64,000 nt of DNA from Eledone cirrhosa (GCA_964016885.1 OZ024755.1:6386001-6450000), one strand, 5' to 3'; shown: positions 11,890 to 26,542, counted from the stretch's first letter. Program-made: numbers and translations. Notes: a model not told the origin generated them from the letters alone.

Positions 11890-12853
11890 TCGATACCACC
11901 AGATCATCGGTGCCTCTACGACACCATCAGATCATCGGTGCCTCTACGACACCATCAGATCATCGGTGCCTCTACGACACCATCAGATCGTCGGTGCCTC
12001 TACGACACCATCAGATCGTCGGTGCCTCTACGACACCATCAGATCGTCGGTGCCTCTACGACACCATCAGATCGTCGGTGCCTCTACGACACCATCAGAT
12101 CGTCGGTGCCTCTACGACACCATCAGATCATCGGTGCCTCTACGACACCATCAGATCATCGGTGCCTCTACGACACCATCAGATCATCGGTGCCTCTACG
12201 ACACCATCAGATCATCGGTGCCTCTACGACACCATCAAATCATCGGTGCCTCTACGACACCATCAGATCATCGGTGCCTCTACGACACCATCAGATCATC
12301 GGTGCCTCTACGACACCATCAGATCATCGGTGCCTCTACGACACCATCAGATCATCGGTGCCTCTACGACACCATCAGATCATCGGTGCCTCTACGACAC
12401 CACCAGATCATCGGTGTCTCTACGACACCACCAGATCATCGGTGTCTCTTCGATACCACCAGATCATCGGTGTCTCTTCGATACCACCAGATCATCGGTG
12501 TCTCTTCGATACCACCAGATCATCGGTGTCTCTTCGATACCACCAGATCATCGGTGTCTCTTCGATACCACCAGATCATCGGTGCCTCTACGATACCATC
12601 AGATCATCGGTGCCTCTACGATACCATCAGATCATCGGTGCCTCATCGATACCACCAGATCATCGGTGCCTCTTCGATACCATCAGATCATCGGTGCCTC
12701 TTCCATACCAGCAGATCATCGGTGCCTCATCGATACCATCAGATCATAGGTGCCTCTTCGATACCATCAGATCATCGGTGCCTCATCGATACCACCAGAT
12801 CATTGGTGCCTCATCGATACCATCAGATCATTGGTGCCTCATCGATACCACCA
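11890..12853. repeat. 28-bp minisatellite, ~34 units
   Basis: cgacaccatcagatcatcggtgcctcta repeated; explains three overlapping periodic ORFs. Confidence 0.97.
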
Positions 12854-13381
12854 GGGATACATAAGAACATATTAGTCATTTTTCACTAACAAAATATCCA
12901 TCTGCAATGTCTTTGCGACAGTTATTCTCACTCACTGATCAATTCAGTAAATAATTGCTAGTTATCTATCATAATTTAATAATGTTTAGAAACATCCTCC
13001 GCCTAATACAGCATTATTGTAACAAGATGAGTCCAAAGTAATTGGCTTGTTTGCTTTATTCAAACATACAGGCACACCCATACCTCCAAATACACACATA
13101 TACACACACACACATGCACACACATATATATCTATATACACATACACACACACTATATACACATACACACACACTATATACACATACACACACACTATAT
13201 ATACATACACACACTATATATGCATACACACACTATATATACATACACACACTATATATACATACACACACTATATATACATACACACACTATATATACA
13301 TACACATACACTATATAAATATATATACACACGTACGTAAATATATCTATATTTGTATATCGGTATTGTTCTCGGTATATT

Positions 13382-13424
<43 letters not shown>

Positions 13425-13514
13425 GTGTGTCTAACCATATTATATTTGTGCGTGAGTGTGTGTGTCTATATATCTAAACATTCATACATACATACATATA
13501 TATATGTGTGTGGT

Positions 13515-13735
13515 TGTGTCGACGTGTGTAAGTGTGTTTGTGTCGACGCGCGTGTGTGTGTTTGTGTCGACGTGTGTGTGTGTGTGTGTGTGTGTCGACG
13601 TGTGTGTGTGTGTCGACGTGTGTGTGTGTGTTTGTGTCGACGCGTGTGTGTGTGTTTGTGTCGACGTGTGTGTGTTTGTGTCGACGTGTGTGTGTTTGTG
13701 TCGACGTGTGTGTGTTTGTGTCGACGTGTGTGTGA
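13515..13735. repeat. (GT)n-derived minisatellite punctuated by gtcgac
   Basis: About nine tgtcgacg motifs within GT repeats. Confidence 0.9.
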
Positions 13736-14079
13736 ATGCATGTTAGTTTAATTAAGAGTCAATTGTTGATATACCGAGTAAATATATGCTTCACGTGTTT
13801 CGTTGAAACTCTTCAGTGTTTAACTAATGATTATATAACCAACATTTGTATTGAAATAATTATAGAATAGCTTCTCGTATGTTCTACCATTCTTAAGAAA
13901 CAACGAGAGAGGGGGGAGCCACGTAGATACAAAGAAGGGGAGAGAGGGGGTTAGAGACACATTGATACAAATAAAGAGAGAGAGAGATAGAAAGTTATGG
14001 ATATACTAATACAGAGGGAGAGAGAGAGGAAGAATAAAAAAGGTTAGAGAGACACGCTGATAGAAAGAGTGATAGTGAA

Positions 14080-14380
14080 AGAGAGAGAGAGAGAGAAAGA
14101 GGGGGAAGAGAGAGAGAGAGAGAAAAAGAGGGAAAAAGAGGGAAAAAGAGAAAAAGAGAGAGCTAGAGAGAGAAAAAGAGAGAGCTAGAGAGAGAAAAAG
14201 AGAGAGAAAGAGAGCTAGAGAGAAAAAGAGAGAGAGAAAAAAAGAAAGAGAGCTAGAGAGAGAGAGAGAGAGAGCTAGAGAGAGAGAGAGAGAGCTAGAG
14301 AGAGAGCTAGAGAGAGAGAGAGAGAGAGAGCTAGAGAGAGAGAGAGAGAGAGAGAGTTAAAGAGAAAGTTAGAGAGAGAC
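14080..14380. repeat. (GA)n tract with gcta interruptions
   Basis: Direct reading. Confidence 0.9.
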
Positions 14381-14729
14381 ACTTACACAAAGCGCAAGAT
14401 TGAGAGATAAAAAGAGAGAAATATGATGAGAAAAATAGTCGCCATAATGAAAGTTATATAGTCAAGTGACAACTGAAACGATACGATCTCAGCATCAACA
14501 CGACATCAAGAAACAGCAGTTCAGTTACTGAAATAATGGCATATGTTTTACAGAAATATTCTTTCTTTCACATAAAACAAAGCTCTGATATTTGCAGACT
14601 TGACAGAATAATATATTTATGACGTTCATGCATTTTACTAATTTATTACTGATGTAAAAATTACAATGTTCAGCTGCATGAAGAATGCCAGGATTATACT
14701 GACGCTAGTGGATCCGTGTCGTCAATAAT

Positions 14730-14919
14730 TGTTTCTACTATTGGCACAAGGCCATCAAATACCCAGTACATTACTGGTACTTTATTTTATCGACCCCGTA
14801 AGGATGAAAGGCAAAGTTAACCTCGGCGGGATTTGAACTCAGACCGCAAAGGGATGCAACTGTGCTGCAAAGCATGGCGCCCGCGCCCGACCCTCTACCG
14901 ATACTGCCAATCCACCGCC
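14730..14919 (-). mobile_element. SINE family 1, full length with target site duplication
   Basis: TSD gtgtcgtcaataat at 14716-14729 and 14920-14933. Confidence 0.95.
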
Positions 14920-14983
14920 GTGTCGTCAATAATGACCTCAGTACAGTTGAATATATTTAATTTTTGGTGTCTAGATTGGTATA

Positions 14984-15018
<35 letters not shown>

Positions 15019-15194
15019 GATTGCAGCATAAGTGAAAAATCGTACGAATTAGAAAATTTGCATTTTGAGACAATGTCTCGCATAAGAGAAATTCTATAGT
15101 TTATATATAATTTGTCGATCGACTTTCGTTAAATCGGACCGAGGAAACAATGTTTCCTTTGGTCTTTCCAATTGCTAATACTATCTATCGGTCA

Positions 15195-15328
15195 CAACTC
15201 CAGGTAGGAGCAACAACGTGAAATAAAGTGTCTTGCTCAAGGACATAACGCATCGCCCGGTCCAGGAATCGTACTCAAAACCTCACGATTGCAAATCCAG
15301 TTTTCTAACCAATCAGCTACACGCGTTT
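15195..15328 (-). mobile_element. SINE family 2-related head and core
   Basis: gagcaacaacgtgaaataaagtgtcttgctcaagga...cacgattgcaa. Confidence 0.7.
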
Positions 15329-15820
15329 ATATATGTACAAATAATATACAGGATTAAATATTTGAGTATCTTTGGTAGAATAACTAGTCACTGTGAAAAA
15401 CGTAGGGGTATAATCGACGACCTTATGATAGAAAAGAGAAATTTTTATTGAAAATCGGGTGATAGGAAATGCATTGTGTATATGTGTGTATGATTATATT
15501 TGTAAATATTAAGAAGTTACAGACGAAGTTGTATACAAATAAACAAACACGCATGGTTTATTTTTATGGTGGATATTTCACATTATCAAAACGTCAAGGA
15601 TGTATAAGAGTGTTATAGTGTTATTTTTTTAAATAGTGGGTGATGGTCGGAATTGGCTGCAGAATGTGATAAAATGTATGAAGGAGTTTATGGATGTTAA
15701 CAGGTTTGATTGCTCTCAGAAGTGAATATGATTAACGTTTCGGATGAATATGAATGTCCTCCATCAAAATATAATTTTTAATAAAATTACTTTGTTGAGA
15801 ATCTATAAAGATTCGGCATT

Positions 15821-16003
15821 GGTGGTTTGGCAGTGTCGGTAGAGAGTCGGACGCCATGCTTTCCAGCATAGTTACGTCCCTTTACAGAGTTCAAATCCCG
15901 CCGAGGTTAACTTTGTCTTTTATCCTTACGGGGTCGATAAAATAAAGTATCAGTAATGTACTGTGTATTTGCTGGCCTTGTGCCAAAAGTAGAAACAATT
16001 ATT
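15821..16003 (+). mobile_element. SINE family 1
   Basis: A box tggcagtgtcgg, B box gagttcaaatccc, core, tail agtagaaacaattatt. Confidence 0.9.
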
Positions 16004-17273
16004 TCATAACCACACTGCTTTCTTTGAGACATTCACAAACATACATACACACAGTGTGTGCGTGTTCTTGTCTCATTAATAACAAGAGAGATATACGAAA
16101 GAGATTAGTTTTTAATTTCATTTTTCTATAACTAATTTTTTCATTGCAAACGTAATGTAAAATCTCACTCACTATTCATTAGATAAAATATAGTATATTC
16201 TTTATATTCATCAATTATATCACTTTTTCTTATGGACAAACAAATCTATCATTTGTATTACCTAACAAGTTGTTGATAAAGTTGTAATGTTGGAACTATC
16301 TCAAGTAATATTTTCATTAACGCTTATTTCATCGTTCGTATAACTCTATAATTCTGTTTACTTTTTACTGTGTTAGGAAATCAGGAACCTATTTGCAAGT
16401 TTCTGAAACGAATACATCTCTGAAACCAGTGAATTTATTCAAGGTTAAACATAAGGATTCGAATATATACATATTCTCTTTCTATTTGTGTATTTATATA
16501 TATATATTTATTACTTTAGAAGATCGTAAGGTATCTGATATCCCAATTTAAGAACAATTTTACCGATTCTACAACTACTAACACTACTAATACCACTACC
16601 ACTACTACTACTGTAGTAGCAAAACACCAATATATGAGAGTTATATGTTGCTAAATTTAGGCAATACTGTATTTCCTCTCATATTTTCATTTCAAAACCA
16701 TCATCATCATCATTGATGAGGACTTCATTACCACACCAAGCCCTAGTCCCAGTAATTCAGCGAGTCCCCCGCCCACCCTGTATTTTTACCTACTTTTCCA
16801 TCCTCTGTGATTCTAGCATCATTAACGTCATCGTAGTCGCAGACATAGTTGTAGCTAATTAAAGTAATTATGTTCTGCATGATAGTCTTTTTAATCATCA
16901 TCATCGTCATCACCATTATCATCACCACCACCGTTACCACCACCGTCACCACCACCACCATCGTCACCACCACCGTCACCACCACCACCACCATCTTCAT
17001 AATGACAGTCATCACAATCATTATCATCTCCATAATGACCATCATCATTGTGTCTATAGCCATCACGCCATCATTATCATCAGTAATATCATCATCATCA
17101 TCATCAACATAATCGCCATTTTATTACCAAAGTCCTCTTCCCCTCTATTATACCTCCTCAGCTACATGGTCATTAACACAGTCACCATTCTCATATTTCT
17201 AATAACTAACATCATCATCATCGTCTTCATTAGCAAAATTACTGCAATTGATGTCACCTCAATTGTCATTAAG

Positions 17274-17667
17274 GACGGTGGGTTGGCAGTATCGGTGGAG
17301 GGTCGGAAGCGATGCTTTGCAGCATAGAGTTACGGCCCTTGCCATTCTGAGTTCAAATCCTGCCGAGGTTAACTTTGCCTTTCATCCTTACGGGGTCGAT
17401 AAAATAAAGTACCAGTAATGTACTGGGGTCATTGCTGGCCTTGTGCCTATATAAGAAACCATTATTATTATCAGCGTTGGATTGGCAGTATCGTTAGAGG
17501 GTCAGACACCATGCTTTGCGGCATAGAGTTACGCCCCTTTACGGGCTGAGTTCAAATCCCAGCGAGGTTCACTTTGCCTTTCTTCCTTACCGGGTCGATA
17601 AAATAAAGTAACAGTAATGTACTGGGGTCATTGCTGGCCTTGTGCCAAAAGTAGAAACAATAATTAT
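17274..17667 (+). mobile_element. Two tandem SINE family 1 copies (17274-17470, 17474-17667)
   Basis: Two complete head-to-tail units. Confidence 0.9.
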
Positions 17668-17674
17668 CACCGCA

Positions 17675-17898
17675 GAGGCATTCCGTCGGTTACTACAACG
17701 AGAGTTCCAGTTGATCAGGTCAATGGAACAGCCTGCTCATGAAATTAATGTGTAAGTGGCTGAGCATTCCATACACATGCGTACCCTTAACAGAGAATGT
17801 AACAAGGTTGGCAGTTCGAACTACAGGTACAATGCACTTTTGCCAGCTGAGTGGACAGGAAGAAGGTAAAATAAAGTGTCTTGCTCAAGGACACAACA
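17675..17898 (-). mobile_element. SINE family 2 variant with alternative 3' region
   Basis: Core aaataaagtgtcttgctcaaggacac and gccagctgagtggac; ggaacagcctgctcatgaaattaa segment shared with 32165 and 40300 regions. Confidence 0.7.
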
Positions 17899-18203
17899 TT
17901 ACAATTGTAAGCCAGATACCCTAACACAAAGCAACGCGACTTAGGAATGGAATAAACACATGAAAATATAAAACAGGCAGATATACGAGATATGTAGCTT
18001 GAATTATGTATATGGATATATATATATGTGTGTGTGTTTGTGTGTGATATTGAAGATAGGACTGGGTTCCAATTTAATCATATATATCCAGTATACACAA
18101 ACATCTATTTTGTTGAGAGATCAAATACCCAGAACCGTTATTATTGATTATAAATTCTCACTATAGAAAAATTAGAGAAAAACTGAAGTATATATATATA
18201 TAT

Positions 18204-18386
18204 ATATTAAAGTAACAGATTAAAGTTTAAGCAAAGAATCGCTGCTTTCACCCTTAAGCAGCGATTCTTTGCTTAAACTTTAATCTGTTATTTTAATAAA
18301 TATTTGCTCTACGGTTCTTATATATTTGATATATATTTATCCTTATGGAGCCCTCTTTGTATTTTAGTCTTCAAATTTATTATTAT

Positions 18387-18390
<4 letters not shown>
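18204..18390. mobile_element. Fold-back element family H4
   Basis: Arms 18204-18247 / 18256-18298, then tail; matches 52241-52342; TA flanks. Confidence 0.75.
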
Positions 18391-18422
<32 letters not shown>

Positions 18423-19225
18423 TATATATATTCGCTTGGGTGTATGAAGGGTGTCAGAGACAAGAAATTACACTGGGTGTAAAAGATCCCCATACATGCA
18501 AACTATTTTTAATATTCTCCCTTCCCACAACACCCCAGTGAACATCTGAATTTTTTCCCTATCTATTGACACCCCTCCCCCCTCCATACACACAAGAATA
18601 CACGCACGCACACATGCGTATATATCTTAACACACCCTACCTCATAAGCCTATATCTTCGAATCATGCGCAAGAATGAATACAAGCTCATAACATCTTAA
18701 AAAATGCCTGCCGGGCTCCAGAAGCTTTGGCATGCTGTTACGCTGTTATGCCGCTATGCTGTTATGCTTCTGATTAAATATACATGAAAGCATAAACACA
18801 TAACTGTCTTAATATATATATATATATATATATATTATGTGTGTATGTATGTATACACATGAGTGTGTGTACGCTTCATTACTATTATTTCAAACAACGG
18901 CTCGAGCTGGCTCATGTCCTTACAATCATGTAAATAAGGGCAACTATACTCAACCCTTCTCTCTATATTAAGTAGCATATTACGATACACCTATTTCTAT
19001 TCATAGCTATTATGTGTTATTACTATGTGTTATTAATATGCTGGTATACGTGTACACTATCTGAGACGAACAAATGTAGTTGTAGAAAGGCAGGAATTTG
19101 TCTTTATATGGTTAGAAAAGCTTTAATGCAGACAAGATGATGCATACTATATATTTACAGATGGTTTACGATACAAACCTGGCTATATGCTTCGATGGAC
19201 AACATATAACTGAAGCAATAACTGA

Positions 19226-19262
<37 letters not shown>

Positions 19263-19394
19263 AATATATATATATTTCAACAGATATATAGGTATATATA
19301 AATGCACAACTATACTTACACGTATATATATATTATATATATATATTTATGTAAGTGTGGTTATTTATATTTATACACATACACACACACATTC

Positions 19395-19424
<30 letters not shown>

Positions 19425-19438
<14 letters not shown>

Positions 19439-19596
19439 AGCAATCATACATATGCGAAAATACGTATATATAAATACACACACACGCATATATATATATA
19501 AATATATATATATATTCATATATATATTCATACACAGGCATATATATATATATATGCCTGTGTATGAATATATGTATAGATCTAAACAAGTATGAT

Positions 19597-19630
<34 letters not shown>

Positions 19631-19785
19631 AGCAATCATACATATGCGAAAATACGTATATATAAATACACACACACGCATATATATATATATTCATATA
19701 TATATATTCATACACAGGCATATATATATATATATATATATATGCCTGTGTATGAATATATGTATAGATCTAAACAAGTATGATG
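19425..19785. repeat. ~190-bp tandem duplication of a microsatellite-rich unit
   Basis: aagcaatcatacatatgcgaaaatacg and agatctaaacaagtatga each occur twice. Confidence 0.85.
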
Positions 19786-20159
19786 TATATATATATATAT
19801 ATATATATGCATGTATATATATGTATGCAGGTTTTCTTGTATAGAATTATACCATATAGACATGCATCTATGCATGTGTGTTAGCTATGTATGGAGACTG
19901 AAATATATAAATAATAAAACTAGAATAGTTTTACTGTTTAAAGCATAAACAAACCGATGATATGAAGAAAGCAGTAGCTGGGTCAATATTTCGTCTCATT
20001 AATGTACATTCTATGGCGGGCCCCTCAAGACATGTTTCCAGGAATTAAGCTGTCTTCTATACATGTTCTTTGTTATTAAATAATATGAAGAAGATGGATA
20101 TATAATTATATTTTCGCTCACGTCAATATATATATATAGACACAGAAACACACACACAC

Positions 20160-20205
<46 letters not shown>

Positions 20206-20216
20206 CATACATACAT

Positions 20217-20280
<64 letters not shown>

Positions 20281-20971
20281 TGAGAGAGAGAAAGAGAGAG
20301 AAAGAGAGAGAAAGAGAAAGAAAGAGAAAGAAAGAGAGATTGATAGACGTACTTGTATGTATGTATGTGTGTGTGTATGTGTGTGTACGTGTGTGTATGT
20401 GTGCGCATGTGTGCGCATGTGTGCGCATGTGTGCGCATGTATGTGCGTGTGTGTGTGCATATGTGTGTGCATATGTGTGCATATGTGTGTGTGCATATGT
20501 GTGTGTATATGTGTGTGTATATGTGTGTGTATATGTGTGTGTATATGTGTGTGTATATGTGTGTGTATATGTGTGTGTATATGTGTGTGTATATGTGTGT
20601 GTATGTGTGTGTATATGTGTGTGTATATGTGTGTGTGTGGTTCTGTGCATACACGTGTATATATATGTATACATGCCATGCATGAATGCATGTATATAAG
20701 TGTAATATCTTTCAAATGTACTGATGCATATATGTATGTAGTTGTGCAGCGACATAGAAAACGGATGTATATACTAGCTCTTGTGGAAAAATAAAGTCTC
20801 AAATCTTCTCGAATGCACCGAGAGTATTAAATCCAAGATAATTGAGCTAATTCGTCGCCAGCTCTGTTACAAATTACACTTTAGTAAATTCCGTAATGTT
20901 TTATTTAATATAAATCGTGAGAAATTGCTAAACATAAAATAGTACAATGTCATACTTGATATACAATATAG

Positions 20972-21160
20972 GGCGGTGAATTGGCAGTATCGGCGGAGGT
21001 TCGGACACCATGGTCTCCAGCATTATTACGTCCCTTTACGGTCTGAGTTCAAATCCCGCCGAGGTTAACTTTGCCTTTCATCCTTACGGGGTCGATAAAA
21101 TAAAGTACCAATAATACACTAAGATAATTGCTGGCCTTGTGCCAAAAGTAGTAACAATAT
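20972..21160 (+). mobile_element. SINE family 1
   Basis: Full length, ggcggtgaattggcagtatcgg to agtagtaacaat. Confidence 0.9.
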
Positions 21161-22289
21161 AATATGAAGCCATGGCTGGAAGGCTTTTGATCTTAAATCA
21201 TGACTGTTCAAATGGATCTAAGTTTAAATGTAAGAAACATAACGAACGATATTTACACGTTTTATTTGAATAGAGTTCTCTCGACATAATTATTATTTAG
21301 TGTTTTACATATGTTATTGTGAGAGCGACCCCTTTCACGTTTAATATTATATTAAATAAAATTATATAGAGTAAACACATAAAAACATCCACCAATCCAG
21401 ACACAGACAGAAATATTTGAATACATATAGACATATGTCTGTGTGTATTATACATCTATACATATATATATAAACATATATACATGCAGGAATATATAGT
21501 CTCATACAGATGCACATATATGCATGCATGAATACATACGTACATAGATTCGCATTCATTCGAATATATGCGTGTATTTGGTAAATTAAATAAAATTTAT
21601 AAATTAATATGTCGCTATACATAGACAGGAAGATAAAATAATTGTATATACTGTTATATTTATAGAAAAGCATTCACTGTAAATCTTAACAATTACAATA
21701 GCGTAGTTAATTCTGATATATGTTCCCATTATGCCACAAATTATATACAGTGAAGGATATATAAGATGTAAAGCAATTAGAGTGAAGCTTTCTTGTCGAA
21801 AGTAATTAAAATTCAACGATTTATTATCGTCTTTAATAGACGTTTCCTCATTTAATTAGAGTGCTAAATGTATCTTTACAAATGGCTCCTCACTGAAAAT
21901 AACGACATTAGTAGATACATGTAAATGCATACAGAAAATTATCCACTGGAAACTGACTATTTCTTCAAATATTTCTAAATCTGTACATAGATAGAATTTG
22001 TAAAATACTACTAGCTACTTACATCTCTTTGTGCATAGCGCATACGTTTCAGTGATGCAACAAAATGAAGTTAATAACCTATACATACCAATAAATTAGA
22101 TACAGATTGAAAAATGTCAGAAGGGATATTAGTTTCATTATTTTTTACTTTGGATTTTTTAGTGTTTCTTTTTTACTAATCTCGTAGTGGTATTTATTTA
22201 GCCACGACTAAGCAGACCTATATTAAACGGCAACCATTCCAAGAATGATTACGTTTTATATATGACATTGTCACAGACATTATATCCTA

Positions 22290-22467
22290 AATAACTGTTT
22301 CTACTTTTGGCACAAGGCCAGCAATTATTCTAGTATATTACTGGTACTTTATTTTATCGACCCCGTAAGGGTGAAAGGCAAAGTTAATCTCGGCGGGATT
22401 TGAACTCAAGCCTTAAAAGGCTGGAACTCTTTGCTGTAAAGCATGGCGTCAGACTATCGATACTGCC
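22290..22467 (-). mobile_element. SINE family 1
   Basis: Core and tail match. Confidence 0.9.
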
Positions 22468-22594
22468 CCGATGTCTTTTTTTCATTTCTAGGACCGTACT
22501 GTTTCATTCAATGGAGATTCTGCTATCATTTCTCCGGAGAGCGTATGTACAAGGGTTATAGGAAATGTTCATAGACTGATTTTGAATGATTGCT

Positions 22595-22866
22595 GCTAGA
22601 GCTGTGAAATCTCGCATTCATTAATTTCAACTCTTCTTATTAATAACTCTAATATTTCTTCTCTAGGGAATATGTTGAAAAATAAAACTCATTTGATCAG
22701 TCCTTGTGAGTATCTTAGTCAGAATCTGAAATAGTGAAGCTAGAGCTGTGAAATCTTGCCTGCATTAATATCAAATGTTCTTATTAATAACTGCATTATT
22801 TCTTATCCAGGGACAATGTTTAAAAATAAAACTCATTTGGTCATTCCATGAGAGTATCTTGGTCAG
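22595..22866. repeat. Diverged 144-bp tandem duplication
   Basis: gctagagctgtgaaatct at 22595 and 22739; aaaaataaaactcatttg and gagtatctt in both units. Confidence 0.85.
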
Positions 22867-23197
22867 CCTATGAACTTTTCAAGTGACCCTAGTTATGTGC
22901 CGTTTCCTAGAAGAGTTTACATGAGGTGTAAAAAACAAAACTTACACAGGAAATATTCACTATCCACAATGTTATGGTGGTGGTGTTGTGAATGAAATGT
23001 AAGTCTATGGTAAAATATACTCTCGGAAGGTGCAGCGTTGTGGGATTGAACTCTAATCCTCGTATTTTAGAAGTGAACTTTATAAAAATACGACCATGTC
23101 TGTGCGTACTATGAAAATATGAAACTTCTGTTAAACAGTTAAAACTGAAAGATAGCTGTGTTTTTACATACGCGCGCACACACACACAGACATGTCC

Positions 23198-23232
<35 letters not shown>

Positions 23233-24358
23233 CACACACACACCGACCTATAAATACATGCTCATAAAAGCGTAAATAAATGGGTTTTATAGTTTGAAAT
23301 TGTATGAAATTTCTGTAATGTATTTTTTTATCGCACAGCTTTTCAAAGATGTGTATATTTTATCTAGCCAAATATTACGTGGGAAGTTAGACAGAAACAT
23401 ATAGTAGTTATAGCTGGTATAAGTCATAATATTTACACCAATGTACTTGGTTATGTATAAACTATTTCAAAGTGTAATAATATAAAGGTTGACTTAAGAA
23501 ACGCCGCGTTGAGTTTATTACAACATACACCATTTGATATCTTTTTTATTCCTAGTCAAAATATTCATAGATTTCCTACTTGTTGTTGCCTCCTCACTCT
23601 TCTCATATTACACACGTTTGAATATACACACACACACACACATATATATCTATATATATCTATATATATCTATATATATATATATATATATAGTATTCAC
23701 TACTTTTCGCCTCGATAGATTCACTGTACCCCTTTCCCCTGTTTTGCTCTAACCTCATTATATGCTATTCAGAATAACATCCAGACGTTAACTCTATAGA
23801 TTACAGTTTACAGATGTGAGAGATAACACCTTGCAATCGTTGTTAATCTTTAAACTTGCTGCGGGGCGAACGATAAAATGTACTTTTAACATTAGTATGT
23901 GTTTGGAGAATTCCTCTGGCTTAGCAGCTTTGAAACACTATAAAAAGATCATAGGAATAATTGTAGAAATCCGAAACAAGCTTTACTCGCTTGGAACAAT
24001 AACAATGCCTAGAGGCTTTGGTGACAAGACACCATCCCTTTATTAACTCCAACACTAAGAAAATTGTACATTTATTCCCACACCATAACTGACAGTCTAT
24101 TGTAGGAATACGTTGAAATATCTTCAGAGTTAGTTGAGCGTAGTTTGTTCTTGGGATTAATGAGACAGAAAACAGAGGTGATACATACATCCATATGTTC
24201 ACGCATACATACACACATGTATACACACATACATCAATATAGGGCGGAATTCAACACGTTTCCAGGTACAACCACTTAGCAAAAAAGACACATTGGCAAA
24301 AAACAAACATACATAGATACATACATGATGGCTGCCCCCTCGTTATCGGGTATGACCA

Positions 24359-24523
24359 TGGCACAAGGCCAACAATTATCCCAGTGCATTACTGGTACTT
24401 TATTTTATCAACCCAGTAAGTATTAAAGGCAAAATTAACCTCGGCGGGATTTGAACTCAGATCATAAGGGGCCGTGACTATGCTGCGAAGCATAACGTCC
24501 GACCCTCTACCGATACTGTCAAA
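24359..24523 (-). mobile_element. SINE family 1
   Basis: Core and head match. Confidence 0.9.
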
Positions 24524-24531
24524 TAAAAAAT

Positions 24532-24578
<47 letters not shown>

Positions 24579-24699
24579 GCATACATATCTATACACACAC
24601 ACACACACTAAATATTAACGGTGCTGCGATCGAATATGGTTTTTTTAGACCAACCGATGATCTAAAATGTCTTGCACAGAGTAAACAACCAAAACATTC

Positions 24700-25320
24700 A
24701 CACACACACACCTGAACCCCATACACACACACACACACCTGAACCTCATACATACACCTGGGTCACATACACACACACACACCTGAACCTCATACATACA
24801 CACACCTGAACCCCATACACACACACACCTGAACCCCATACACACACACACCTGAACCCCATACACACACACACCTGAACCTCATACACACACCTGGGTC
24901 ACATACACCACACACACCTGGGTCACATACACCACACACACCTGGGTCACATACACACACACACCTGAACCTCATACATACACACACCTGAGCCACATAC
25001 ATACACACACCTGAGCCACATACATACACACACCTGAGCCACATACATACACACACCTGGGCCACATACATACACACACCTGGGCCACATACATACACAC
25101 ACCTGAACCTCATACATACACACCTGGGCCACATACATACATACACACACCTGAACCTCATACATACACACACCTGGGCCACATACATACACACACCTGA
25201 ACCACATACATACACACACCTGAGCCACATACATACACACACCTGAGCCACATACATACACACACCTGAACCACATACATACACATACCTGAGCCACATA
25301 CATACACACACCTGAACCAC
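24700..25320. repeat. ~22-bp (CA)-derived minisatellite
   Basis: cacacacctga(a/g)cc.catacata units. Confidence 0.9.
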
Positions 25321-25454
25321 AACAGCCGCAAAGCTATTAACGGTATCAAGTATTACCTCGCCATTATATAAATACGATAAGTTGAAGAATAATTTTACTG
25401 TGATAAATAAAAGACTAAATAGAACATCGTAATACTAGTAATGATGATGATGAT

Positions 25455-25603
25455 GATAGTAGTAGTGTTAGTAGTAGTAGTAGTGTTAGTAGTAGTAGTG
25501 TTAGTAGTAGTAGTAGTAGTAGTGTTAGTAGTAGTAGTAGTAGTAGTAGTGTTAGTAGTAGTAGTAGTAGTAGTGTTAGTAGTAGTAGTAGTAGTAGTAG
25601 TGT

Positions 25604-25635
<32 letters not shown>
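25455..25635. repeat. (AGT)n microsatellite
   Basis: Direct reading. Confidence 0.95.
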
Positions 25636-26204
25636 ATCGCAGACTGTATGATTAACCTTCTGGGAAATATGAAGTGCCTAACAAATAAAAAATAATTCTT
25701 TATATAAAGCTGAAGTCAGACATTTTTTTCGCCTGTTTGCTATATTTACTATTTTAGTTTCCGTTTGATTGTTATTCTTATTTGACCAACATAAATTGCT
25801 AACGAACTAAAGGAGCGTTAATTCAGTGGTTAAACTCTTTAAATCTCTCCTGTAATGAATCAGAGATTTGACTTAAGACCACGCCACCCATGTTATGAGC
25901 AGTGGAATTAATTTGTCTCAGGTTTTCTGTTTGTAAGCTAACATGGGAGCCTATACATGCTACCTCCACCAGTTAGAAATAACAGCCAAATTCCTGTGAA
26001 TCACATGCAACACAAATAGTCTCATTATTGATACATATACAATATGACAAGCTGCAATGACTTGGATCATATGTTTTCTATTCACTCAGGGTTATTTAAC
26101 AAATTGCATTTGTTTTATTTCACTGAAGGAGTGAATTGGAAAGTGGATCTTTATTTGTACACCTAGCGCGCGTGTGCGTGCGTGCGTGGCTTCCAATGGT
26201 TCCG

Positions 26205-26440
26205 ACAACGAACAATCCAGTTGTTTGACGAACGATGAAACACCCTGCGCGTGAAGTTGCCGTAGTTCTCAGGGAGATCTGTAACAAGAATGGGCTTTTG
26301 TATTTAGAGATAGAGCTCATTTTTGCCAGCTCAGTGAAAAAAGTGTCTTGCTGAAAGACACAGGACATCACTAGGAATCGAACACTCGACGTTGCAATCA
26401 CAAGTCAATCCCCTTTAACTACTAATCAACGTGTTTTCAC
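26205..26440 (-). mobile_element. SINE family 2 variant, diverged
   Basis: tttttgccagctcagtg..aaagtgtcttgct..gacac..ggaatcgaac. Confidence 0.6.
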
Positions 26441-26542
26441 AGCCTATATAATGTAGACAAGCTGTTACATTGAAATCAATCGCTAAGCAACATCAACAAA
26501 TCTGAATTTTCACCAGCTGAATGAAGAAGAGTAACGTGAAAT

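Noticed and set aside
11861-12889. Three long overlapping ORFs (279-342 aa) or a CRISPR-like array
   Set aside because: Pure 28-bp tandem repeat with no unique spacers; the same peptide cycles through all frames
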